From the NCBI GenBank assembly GCA_951406725.2, contig OX597815.1:125426001-125490000 (forward strand): 64,000 bases of DNA. The letters are read 5' to 3'. Each line of letters opens with the position of its first letter. Position 1 is the stretch's first letter. Origin of the DNA: Octopus vulgaris (Eukaryota). The position numbers and the translations under genes were made by a program. This document shows positions 52,351 through 64,000 of the stretch, in pieces. The notes below the pieces were generated by a model that had not been told where the DNA came from, made no database searches, and was given only the letters and a program-made list of their open reading frames with translations.

Positions 52351-53683
52351 AACTAATATTTCACCACAGCCTGACCTGTCTCAAGTGAAACACAAAGGTG
52401 TAGGATGTTCACAAACTATAAAAGTACAGCAGGAATAAAACTATTTAGTTGAGGATGACTGGGAATTCAATCAAATGTAGCCTGAAGATGATTTGGAATC
52501 AGTTGACTGATTGGGCAATTTGAAGACAAATTATTGGTGGGAGGGTGATGTTTATGCTTCTCAGATTGGACGTGGAAGGATGTACTGCATAAAAGGAAAA
52601 ACTAGTACACCAAAGTGCAAGACTGGAATTAAAATGAAGACGTGTCAATTTTGAGTAATAGCTGTAGTTCGTGTGTTTCTGTCAAATTGTTTTTCATAAA
52701 TCATTTTACATGAATTTTGTTTGTAGACCGTGTGGTTTAAAGAGTATGGGCTGTGAAGCTCAGGTCTGGACATAAGTTATATCCCCTTGGCCTTAAACAT
52801 TCTTAAGATTAAGATACTATTTCAATTGCAGAATTTAGGGCTTCTTCATGACTGTGCAGTTATGAAATTTGCATGGCAACCTCATATGATTTTCAGTACG
52901 ATTCTACTGTAACGCAAACTTGGCAAGTAACCTCTGCTACTGCCTCAGGCTGACCAATGCCTTTTCAGCAGAAATGGTAAATGGAAACTGCATGGAAGCC
53001 CATTGAGTATACATACATTTATGCATGTGTGTGTATAGGTTATAATTTTTAGTTCTTCATATGAAATTGTCAGAGCAGAAAAAAATGAGGATGTTATGTT
53101 TACACTTCTAGTGAACATTACATCCTAAAGTTCTGCAATCTCAAAATTTTGGTATAAAAAATTTCTTTCTTGTAAAATGGTTGTACTTTGGCAACAAAAG
53201 GTGCACCTGTCTTTACTATCTGAAATAAATACTCATCCAGCCTAAGCCAACATCAAAAATGAATTAACAATCAAATTACTTCTGCTTTTAAATACTGATA
53301 TATAATGTACATATGTGTGGGTGAGTGTGTATATAAAAAGGGTAAAGAACCCTTTTGGTCAAGAATGATCATGGGATTGCACCTAGAAAGTTCCTCTCCA
53401 AAGCATAAGTCTGGACAAGGTTGTTTATGGAAGACCTGTAGTCACTCATGCATACCAACCTCTCCTCTCCATGTCACTGAGGTTATACTAGGAAAAGGCA
53501 AAGTCCAATATGGTCTGGCACCAGTGACATTGCAATTCATTTCTACAGCTGAGTGAACTAGAGTAACGTGAAATAAAGTGTCTTGCTCAAGAACACAATG
53601 CACAGCCCAGTCCAGGAATCAAACTCACTACCTCATGATTGTGAGTCTAATGCTCTAACTACTGAGCCATGTGCCTTCACATT

Positions 53684-53722
<39 letters not shown>

Positions 53723-53907
53723 AGATAGGGGTTGAAAATTCTTAAGTATGTTTCTCCATTCTCTAATTTTGTAGTTATATATATATATATATATATTGGC
53801 CTGCTCGCTTACCCAGCGGGGTGGCGTCATTTGAAGGCTAAAACAATGCGAAGCGCATTGTGACCAGTGATATGTAGTAACATCTGATAGCCTGGTCGGT
53901 CACGGTG

Positions 53908-53963
<56 letters not shown>

Positions 53964-53964
<1 letters not shown>

Positions 53965-54213
53965 AAATCCGCCATTTTAAAGCCTAGCCAGGCTCATGGG
54001 CTCAGTTTCTTGGTTTCTATGGCGTATGTGTTCCCCAGCTGGATGGGACGCCAGTCCATCACAGCGTTACTCATTTTTGCCAGCTGAGTAGACTGGAGCA
54101 AAATGTGAAATAAAGTGTTTTGCTCAAGAACACAACGCATCGCCTGGTCCAGGAATCAAAACCACAATCTTACGATCATGATGCTGACACCCTAACCACT
54201 AAGCCACACACCT
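53964..54213 (-). mobile_element. tRNA-derived SINE (second family) within (TA)n
   Basis: Minus-strand head ggtgtgtggcttagtggttagggtgtcagc...ggttttgattcctgg, then gtgttcttgagcaaaacacttt...cagctgg. Relatives at 590-725, 4700-4850, 35490-35645, 43060-43295, 43385-43510, 46600-46740, 53530-53660. Confidence 0.8.
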
Positions 54214-54214
54214 C

Positions 54215-54257
<43 letters not shown>

Positions 54258-54323
54258 GTATATGTATATATGTAGTATATGTATATGTATATGTATATAT
54301 ACATATACATATACATATATATA

Positions 54324-54367
<44 letters not shown>

Positions 54368-54896
54368 GCTGCTTTCAACAAGCCAACATCGACTTCTTCT
54401 CTCTTCCGCAAGCTGATTTTTCAGAATGGGTTCTAACGAATTTTTCCACTGTCTAGGCTTAAAAAAAAAGCCCTTATTGTTGGTTTCCTTGTCCTGTTAT
54501 TCCTTATTTGTACTGTTTTTTCTTCATTTGTATTGCTTTTACGTCCTGTTCTTGTCACTTGTTTTACCCCTCTGCAAAAGAATTTTATTTAATTCCTTTT
54601 GCAGGAAGGACTGCTTCGTCTGGATCGTGTTCTGCCCTTACCTTTGAAACATGCATTGAGTTGAACCAGGGGCAGCTGATGAAGGGGAATTTTCCTTGTA
54701 TTGTTTGTCCTGTACTCTGTTTTTTCGTTGTTAAAAAAAAGTCCGTTTCCTTGTTTGATTTTATGTTTTCGTTTCTCGTGTTCTACGTTTATTTGTGGTG
54801 TCCTGTACTCATATATGCATGTATATATACATATAGATGTAGGTTTATACATATATGTATGTATATATGCATATGTTTTATTTATTAAATTGTTAT

Positions 54897-55071
<175 letters not shown>

Positions 55072-55423
55072 GTAGGTATGTATGTATATATATATATATT
55101 TATGTATGTATGCATGTATATATATATGTGTGTGTATGGATGTATATATATATATGTGTGTGTATGGATGTATATATATATATGTATATGTATGTGTGTG
55201 TATATATATATATGCGTGTGTATGTATGTGTGTATGTATGTGTATATATATATATATATATATATCATCATCATCGTTTAACGTCCTGGAAACAGCTGTA
55301 AGATATTCTATCTATAAATGTTCTAAAATTGACACACCCCTGGTTTTTTATCACATTAAAAAAAAAATTTATATATATATACATATATATATAAACAAGA
55401 AAAAAGCAACAAGAATGGATTAG

Positions 55424-55517
55424 TTATTCAGTACAATTGTTTCATACGAAGAACAGCTTTATTAAAAGCTGCAAATATTGCAGCAAATACAAGTGTCCCG
55501 TATTCATCAGCCAAAAC
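55424..55517 (-). ncRNA. Mirror-image hammerhead motif on the minus strand
   Basis: Inverted copy; here the stem II base is fully Watson-Crick (AUACG/CGUAU); predicted cleavage after 55432. Confidence 0.72.
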
Positions 55518-55751
55518 ACATATGAGTTTTCCAAACATCCTAGGGGGTAAGGCTACACTCATGAAGTATCGAAGAGAGTTCTATGAAAGGCAAAGTTAGA
55601 TTGTAAGCAGACTTCAAATGTTCTCTAATGATGCACATCATTAGAGAACATTTGAAGTCTGCTTACAGTCTAACTTTGCCTTTCATAGAACTCTCTTCGA
55701 TACTTCATGAGTGTAGCCTCACCCCCTAGGATGTTTGGAAAACTCATATGT

Positions 55752-55845
55752 GTTTTGGCTGATGAATATGGGACACTTGTATTTGCTGCAATATTTGCAG
55801 CTTTTAATAAAGCTGTTCTTCGTATGAAACAATTGTACTGAATAA
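55752..55845 (+). ncRNA. Minimal type I hammerhead ribozyme motif (Penelope-like)
   Basis: Stem I uuugg/cugaa; CUGAUGA 55759-55765; stem II auaug.../cguau; GAAA 55826-55829; palindromic stem III ACAAUUGU; GUA cleavage triplet ending at 55837. Confidence 0.72.
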
Positions 55846-56019
55846 CTAATCCATTCTTGTTGCTTTTTTCTTGTTTATAATCACCCCACATTATTATATG
55901 GTTAATACCATATAGATTTCTGGTGCATCTAAGTTAAGTACCGCATTCATGCGAATTCATTGGAACTCACTTGAATCTTAATTGTTTTTACTGAAATTAT
56001 ATATATATATAATTATGTA

Positions 56020-56080
<61 letters not shown>

Positions 56081-56089
56081 TTATATATA

Positions 56090-56495
56090 TCATCATCATC
56101 ATCATTGTTTAACGTCCACTTTCCATGCTAGCATGGGTTGGACAATGTGACTGAGGTCTGGCGAACCAGTTGGCTGCACCAGACTCCAGTCTGATCTGGC
56201 AGAGTTTCTATGGCTGGATGCCCTTCCTAATGCCAACCACTTCAAGAGTGTAGTGGGTGCTTTTACGTGCCACCGGCACGAGGGCTAGTTAGGCGGTACT
56301 GGCAGCGGCCATGCTCAAATGGTGCTTTCTCTGTGCCACCTGCACAGGAGCCAGTCCAGCGGTTCTGGCAATGACCTCATTCGAATGTTTTTTCACACGC
56401 CACCAGCACAAGTGCCAGTAAGGCAATGTGGGTAACAATCATGCTTGAATGGTGCTTTTTTACATGCCATCGGCACGGAGGCCAGCTTGTTGCTC
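56090..56495 (-). mobile_element. RTE 3' UTR fragment
   Basis: (CAT)n tail, gtttaacgtcc, ggatgcccttcctaa and tandem units. Confidence 0.75.
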
Positions 56496-56563
56496 TAGGA
56501 AATATATATATGTACGTATGTATTTTATATATATATGTATGTATTTATATATATATATGTATG

Positions 56564-56617
<54 letters not shown>

Positions 56618-58906
56618 TGTATGTATGTATTTATATGTATGTATGTATGTATTTTTTTATATATATATATATGTATTTATATATATATATATGTATGTAT
56701 TTATATATATATATGTATGTATGAATATATATGTATGTACACACACTGATATATATATGTGTATATATATCATGGTTTGTATCATTAGTTATTCTCCTTC
56801 TTGCAATGATGTCACTACTTGTTACTCCTTAATCTAAGTATACAATATTTGACTGCTCCAGAATTGAACTCATACCTCTAGCTAAACTACAACATTTAAC
56901 ACTTGATACTTAATCAATGAAATTTTTTGGTATAGACAACAAAATGAGAACAATCTAACCCTTAGAAATTAATAAAGCAGTCTATTTGAAACTCCACAAA
57001 TGTTACTGAATACAGCAAGCACCAGACGAAAGCCCAATGATACAACACTGAAAACATTCTAGCTAAAGAAACCAAGATATCGACCCTATCTATGTTTAAT
57101 ATTAATGAGTCTGCATCTTAGAAATTCAGGCAAAATTTACTTTCTGTAGTTTGTTTTAAATTTGTTTAACTCCTTTGAAACCACCATGTTCTAGTTCTAT
57201 AAATGCAAAACTTCATTTTTAAAGTGATCTTCATTAAAAATCTTCCATCCAAATTCCATATCAATTTATATTCCAGACTAAGGTAATGAGCTGGCAAAAT
57301 CATGAACACATTGGACAAAATGCTTAACAGCATTTCTTCCAACTCTTTTCACTCTGACTTCAAATCCTGCTGAAGTCAACTATGTTTTTCACCCCACTTG
57401 AGTAATGAAATAAAGTACCAGTCAAATATTAAGATTAATGTAATCAACATGCCTCCTACCCTCAGAATTGCTAACCTTGTGCTAAAATTTGAAACAGTTT
57501 GTTTTCGAAAAAGCAGCTTAATAATGACAAAGTTAATTTACTAAATCCTTCATTATTTTGAAAATTAATTGAAACAAAGTCAGTGTACTTCACCAGAAAT
57601 ACAGTAAAATTATGGGCCCAGCTTTTGAAGGGTCATACTTAGTTATATGTAATGATTTATTCTTTGACTTAATAATTAGTAGTGGTTGGCTCACAATCAT
57701 GCGATTGTGGTTTCAATTCCTAGACTGTGTAGCATGTTGTGGTATTGAGCAAGATACTTAGTTACATGTAGTTCAAGTCTTCTAGACTATGAATATGAGT
57801 CAGGATGCTGATACAGCCATACGTTTGGGAACAAAGGGTGCAGGGGTGCAAGTGCACACACTAAAATTTTTGAAGGGGCAATGAAAGCGCTTTGAACATC
57901 CTCCTGAAAAACTTCACCAAACCAGATGAACATAGAAATATTTTTGGACTAATTTGAAATATTACTTCTGCATTATTGGGTTTATCTGATTAGATTATGT
58001 ACAAATATAATAATATTTTTATACTTGTGTTTGTTTTGATATTAAGATTGAAAACAAAATCAACCGAGTTTCTAAAACATTTTTGACCTGGGTTTACACC
58101 CACTAAAAAATTTTTATTCCTATACTATTGGGTACAACTGTTTCACATTCCAGCTGTTTGATCCTGGATGTTCTACTGATCAAGAGTGATGAGGCTGAAG
58201 GGATGACAAGATCATGGTACTTATAACAAGCCATATATGCTTTCAGGTGATAGCTAGCTGAGATTTATTGATCACTGTTGATGAAATAATGAAGAGCTTG
58301 TAGCTAAGTTCATCTGTGGTAACCTTCTCACAGTGAATGAGATGAAGAGGTAGATCAGCATAAAACTACATTGACTAATTGCTAGAAGAAATTGGTTACA
58401 CTATCTAAGAGCTTAACAATGGCATGGATGATAGAGAGAGGAAAGGAAAACTAAGGTTAGGAATACTGAGAGATTCTTGACCCTCTAAACAACATGTATG
58501 TATGTATGTGTGTGTGTGTATGATTATTCAGTTTTATTGTCAATAGAGAAAGAGCTGGTTTCTAATCTAGATCCAAGACTCCTCCATTGGAATTTCAACA
58601 TTAACAGGACATTTTTGTATGTATGTATGTATGTATTTATGTATTTATGTGTGGAGATTTTTATGTTTTGTTTTATGTATGTCTTCTGATGGATATACTT
58701 GCATATCTAAACATGCTCATATATACTTCTAGAAAGTTTTGCAGATTTTTACAGTTTCAGTGATGACTTGGATCTGTAATCTTCGAATGTATGTATGCAT
58801 GTATGTATGTATGTATGTATGTATGTATGTATGTATGTATGTATGTATGTTTGTATGTATGTATGTATGTATGTATGTATGCATGTATGTATGTACGTAC
58901 ATATGC

Positions 58907-59786
58907 AAGAGGTGTATTATAAAGTATCCAACTTTATTTTTTTCCACTGAAACTAATGTTGCATAGGTAAAATCCTGTGGATTGGAGGTGATGCCAATCT
59001 TCCTGTGCATGTGTGGAAATTTTCATGCTGGTAGGCCATACCAGTTTTCAGCTGCTATACCTAGAGTACAGACATATTGTTTACACTCATCAGATTTTCG
59101 TTTTTACCTAGAGATGACCGACCACATTGAGCAGAGACCATAAACCCATGTGTCATCACAAATGATGATGATCTTCATAATGTCTGGGTCGTGGTCTGCA
59201 CAATTTAGCATGTCCTAAGCAATTTTTTTGTGGAATTACTTTTACTGCTCCACCAGCACCTTGTGGGGAAATTTCACTGACATCTCTGCATGCACAAATC
59301 CTCCATTAAAATGGAATGCACTGATCCTGTGCTTATTCTCACTTCATGAGCAATTTCCTGGATTGTTATACAATAGTTTTCCATGACTATTAGCCAAACC
59401 TTCTCAATTGGTGCCTTGTTTCAGCTTTTGGATGGCCTCCCTGAACATGCTTCACTCACTCTCTATTGAGGTGTGACCATGTTTAAAGTGTTTAAAGTGA
59501 TCCCTCCTTGATCTGAGATTTTTACCATGACATCATCACCAAAAGCTTTCTGAATCTTCAAGATGGTTTGAGCTTGTGTATCACCAAACTTTTTGTAAAA
59601 CTTCACTGAAAACGAAAATCTGACAAATATGCCTACATATCTGTGCTCTAGGTACAAAGGCCAGGAATTGACACAGCTTACCAGTGTGAAAATGTTCATA
59701 GTCACACAGGAAGAGTGATGTTACACAAACAGCATTAGTTTTAGTGGAAAAAAATTAAGTTGGATACTTTTTGAACACACCTCGTA
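58907..59786. mobile_element. Internally deleted mariner derivative with two 5' ends, inserted in (TATG)n
   Basis: TIRs gaggtgtattataaagtatccaac and, reverse-complemented, gaggtgtgttcaaaaagtatccaac. Minus-strand VKFYKKFGDTQAQT..IQKAFGDD and DDTWVY. (TATG)n on both sides. Confidence 0.8.
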
Positions 59787-59942
59787 TGTATGTATGTATG
59801 TATGTATGTATGTATGTATGTATGTATGTATGTATGTATGTATGTATGTATGTATGTGTATGTGTGTGTGTATGTATGTGTGTGTATGCGTGTGTTTGTG
59901 TGTGTGTATGTATGCGTGTGTGTCCATGTATGTATGCATACA

Positions 59943-60080
59943 TTATTTTGGTCAGGTGAGTCTCTTGCTATTCTGTGTTTCACCTCTAAGTGCACAATGT
60001 CTTCAGCCAAGTTACGACATTACTTGCCTGGAGATCCTGGTGAAACTCAGAGTAGCATGAAACTGACCTGACCAAAATAA
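59943..60080. repeat. 138-bp hairpin / small MITE (42-bp arms)
   Basis: ttattttggtcaggtgagtctcttgctattctgtgtttcacc pairs with 60039-60080 (5 mismatches). Confidence 0.75.
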
Positions 60081-61074
60081 AATATATTATTAATCTCTAC
60101 TGTGGTATTGAGTACTCTTTTTTTTAATAATTAACACTAAATGTGTAAATATATATATATATGTGTGTGTGTGTGACTTGTATATTACCCATATAAACAG
60201 GGCTAATTAAGCACTGTCTCTTCTCCTTAGATTGAATAAATTATGGACAACCTTAACTGGTTTTTGAATCTTATTGGATTCTCATTAGGGGTGTGTACAT
60301 CAATTTGACCAATCCCAGAGAATGAAGCAGCTAATCTGTTTGTATATTCAACAATTACAGTAGCTACAATATATTTCATCTACAAAACTCAATTATCATA
60401 CTTATGTAAGAAACCGAGTATTATTTTATTACATGTATGTTTTCCTTTTTTCATTTCTGTTTTGTTTTTGTCTTTCCAAATATGAAGAAAAATTGAAGAT
60501 TGAGATCTGTTTTTCAAGGAAGAAGTCATAATGAGGATTTTATTGTTTAGAACCATATGTAAAATACACACTAATAAGTAGTGTTACTGTAACAGAATTA
60601 TAATACGTAGGTCAGATCAGAGCTTGGTGGCAGAATAAGACACGACAAAAGCAGAATGTTAGTTAAACACAGCAATCTGCCATGGATGTCTTCGTATCAC
60701 ATGTGATGGATCTATTATTGGTGTAAACCAATCTTAGATAGCAAATATATTATTTGAACACTGCTTGGTATAGAAGAAAAGGATTAAACAAATATTTCAG
60801 AAAAATATTTTTTTTAAAGAAGAAAAGAAAATGCATTCATATTTTATCTTCTTTTTGTTGTTGTTTGGTATATGAGCATAATAACTTGTTAATTCTTTGA
60901 TTGGAGAAGAGAATGGAAGTAAAAAAAAAAAAATTTTAAATAATGTGAAAAAAAAAAAGGAATGTTGACAGACAATTGCTGTAAATGGTGTCTAAATGAG
61001 AAGAAATGTTGAACAATGTATTTTCAACTCAGTTTATTCTGAAAACAATGCATATATTCACTTCAACATGTCAG

Positions 61075-61123
<49 letters not shown>

Positions 61124-61841
61124 CAAACACATAAGTTCAACTCCAGTATTCACATGAATATAAATATGTTCTTCATATATATAACCATACTTATATATGT
61201 AATATACAAGTAAACATGTATGTGTATACATATATATATAAAGATATATATATATATATACATATACATACACATACACACATATATATATACATATATA
61301 TGTGTGTGTGAGTGTGTAATTAAATGTATACATATATCATAGATATATAGACACACACATATACTCACATACATATATATAGAAACACACACATATGCAC
61401 ATATACATACACAGACACACAAACACATGCGCGCACACACACACACGATTTGGCCATCAAACATACTTTCTTTTGAAATCTATTTTGATTGTAATCTATT
61501 GAGCATCTTACAAATAATATACTATTTTTAAAAATTAAGACTTGTATTGTCTGTCTTATCTTCATTCATATATTTATTTTGTTTGCTTTTTTTTTTCCAG
61601 TGATTACCTTGTGATGTTAATTAGTATAAATCTAGTTTTCTTCCTTGATATTCTTTTTCGTAATGAACAGTGGATGGCTCGTTTAATCTTTTGAAATTTC
61701 CATTTTAATGTTTGTTAAAATAATGGAATGATTTCTTTTAGAGCTGGTTTACTGTTTGAAAATCTTATAAGACATAGTAATATTAAGAAACCTGAATCTT
61801 ACTTCAAAATTGCCTTCCATCGGCAGAAATACATATCAAAC

Positions 61842-61843
<2 letters not shown>

Positions 61844-61908
<65 letters not shown>
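61844..61908. repeat. (TTA)n microsatellite
   Basis: About 21 perfect units. Confidence 0.95.
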
Positions 61909-62753
61909 GCTGTTTTTGTTATTGCTATTTTTATCCTGGTTTCTAAAGAGAGGGAAATTATGAGAATGAGTTTTAAGAAATATTAAGTATTGTTGAGTCA
62001 AAAACTGCAAAAGCTAACACTCATTTTAGACATTGTGGATAACGTTCATGCATTCCAAGGAAGGTTTCTGATAAATGCTTTGTTTTTGTACCATAGGCCC
62101 AAGTTAATAGTGAAGTCTTTGTGCCTGGTATTATAAGGATGAACACATCTGGTTTTTGTGCTATCACAGCAGTTAATGATGAAAGTATTTCAACACTAAA
62201 ATCCTAGTCAAATGCTGAAGTAAATCAACATAGCTAGAAACTTCATCAAATGCATTGGCAGAACAAGTTTTTTAAGATGTGCTGTTAATGGAAGTGTTAA
62301 AGGGAAAGATATTCAGAAAGTTGCTGAATAAGAAACTCATTTAATCAATGTCAAAATATATAATATGGATGTCAAACTTATGAGGAGAATGATAAAAATG
62401 ATGGTGATGATGATGATGATAATAATGATGATAATAGGGAAAATAATGATGATAATGATGACAATCTTTGATTTGGCTTTGACCATGTAGAATAAGGGAT
62501 TTAACAAGAAGTTGGCTGTAATGAAATGAGAGGCAATGAAATATTAGAAACAACCATCAAGCTTTTATGCACCTTATCTTTGTTGTCTGGGCTGGTGTAG
62601 ATTGTTAAATGTGTTTGTTTTACATTTTGGATGAGACAGTGACAAAGTTTACACTGAGGCAATTTTGATGTCAATAGGACTGCCAATTAGATGTTGAAAA
62701 AAAAATTAGCAATGATTCGACTGATGCAACTTTTACATAGTTGCATAACTTGC

Positions 62754-62983
62754 TTAACCTTTTTGTTACAATATTTCTGTTGAGATACTCTGTGTTTCTT
62801 TCAATTGATTTTAAATATAACAAAGAATTTTGTAAAATAACTTAGTTATCATTCAGCTAGTGTTAAGAACATAAATTGTGACTAAGATTTGGTGGAAGAT
62901 TTTAATTCAGAACTTTTAAAAACAAGATATATATACTACAGTGCGAGAAATGGTTTCAGGCGGGTTGGTATCAAAAGGGTTAA
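62754..62983. mobile_element. piggyBac-like MITE (family B)
   Basis: TTAA-cctttttgttac ... gtatcaaaaggg-TTAA. Degraded relatives at about 13400-13615, 28140-28370, 33450-33660 and 57165-57610. Confidence 0.7.
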
Positions 62984-63087
62984 TGTAGGTATATTCCTCT
63001 TGATTAACTCCCAAGTGGTTTTAAACTGAGAACCACATATTTTAAGGCCTACTTTTTAAGAGGATGGTTTTATTTGATAAATAGTCT

Positions 63088-63450
63088 TTTCTTTTCTACT
63101 CTAGACACAAGGTCCAAAAATCTTTTGGGGGAGGGAGCCAGTTGATTAGATCAACCCCAGTTTGCAACTTGTACTTAATTTATCGATCCCAAAAGGATGA
63201 AAGGCAAAGCCGACTTCGGCGGAATTTGAACCCAGAACATAAAGATCAACAAAATACCTATTTCCTTATTACCCACAAGGGGCTAAACACAGAGGGGACA
63301 AACAAGGACAGACATAGGTATTAAGTCGATTACATCGACCCCAGTGCGTAACTGGTACTTAATTTATCGACCCCGAAAGGATGAAAGGCAAAGTCGACCT
63401 CGGCGGAATTTGAACTCGCAACGTAACGCAGACGAAATACCGCTAAGCAA
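63088..63450 (-). mobile_element. Two abutting SINE copies (same Meta-like family)
   Basis: Two copies of gtacttaatttatcga.ccc.aaaggatgaaaggcaaag.cgac.tcggcggaatttgaac. Confidence 0.8.
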
Positions 63451-63790
63451 TGTTTCAGACAGCAACATACATTCTATAGATCTATTTGGGTAAAGTTGAC
63501 TTGATGAGGCTGGGGGCGTAATTCATCAGTAATAACTCTGTGTTTCTTTGTCTTAGTATAAGTTATGAATTTTTTGTGGATAAAATGATAGAAGAGGCCA
63601 TTGGAATACAGACATATAACCCTGCTATCTTTTTAGAGATTTGTTTAATCATGAAAAGATAGAAAATGCTTGTCTTCTCCATAAATTTGTTCCATAGAAA
63701 TTTAAAAGGATGTCAAGTGATTGATGTTTGTGTCTGCTATTGACCATCTAGATTATTCTACAGAGGTTCCTCATTGTGAACATACTAGAC

Positions 63791-64000
63791 CAGTGTTTCT
63801 GAACCTTTTTACCCTTGCGTAATCCTTAAAATAAATTTCATGTCTCAAGGAACCCCTATACAAAAAAAAATCATATACCATATCTTTCTCATATTTTTTC
63901 ATTATAGTTCACATGGTAAATATCATACATATATATATAATTATATATATCTATATTACAATGACTAATAATATGTTGTGAATGTAAAGTAATATTGCAA
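63791..64000. mobile_element. Start of a hAT/Charlie-like MITE, probably running beyond the window
   Basis: CAGTGTTTCTGAACCTTTTT terminus preceded by ctagac; partner TIR not visible. Confidence 0.45.

Larger units (their letters stand above)
55390..55879. repeat. 490-bp near-perfect palindrome (two 244-bp arms, 2-nt spacer)
   Basis: 55390-55633 is the reverse complement of 55636-55879 with three transition mismatches seen; centre ...aatgatg-CA-catcatt... Confidence 0.97.

Noticed and set aside
52480-52510. CTGAAGA followed by a tgatt/aatca hairpin
   Set aside because: No GAAA after the stem, so no hammerhead core.
60228-60379. Minus-strand 50-aa frame MKYIVATVIVEYTNRL... after a ttttgtag acceptor-like site
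   Set aside because: No family recognised, no partner exons found, and a competing + strand acceptor sits at 60230. Needs RNA-seq.

Overview
AT-rich, microsatellite- and transposon-dense animal genomic DNA. The SINE and RTE repertoire suggests an octopus-like cephalopod (inference). One complete host gene is reconstructable: five-exon mitochondrial ribosomal protein L10 (MRPL10, + strand, 22698-43945, 240 aa, all splice phases consistent). The rest is mostly mobile DNA: a near full-length Tx1/L1-clade retrotransposon inside a (GA)n/(TC)n microsatellite (15825-21252, -); a full-length decayed RTE LINE with a PHD-like finger, nested in an R4/Dong-like RLE element in MRPL10 intron 4; RTE fragments, tRNA-derived SINEs, three mariners, non-autonomous Helitrons/Helentron, MITEs and a Ty3/Gypsy relic. 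The most unusual structure is a 490-bp near-perfect palindrome (55390-55879) between (TA)n tracts that carries a minimal type I hammerhead ribozyme motif on each strand. Further hammerhead remnants lie at 55289-55300 and about 6425-6515. All calls are by eye; no searches or folding were run.
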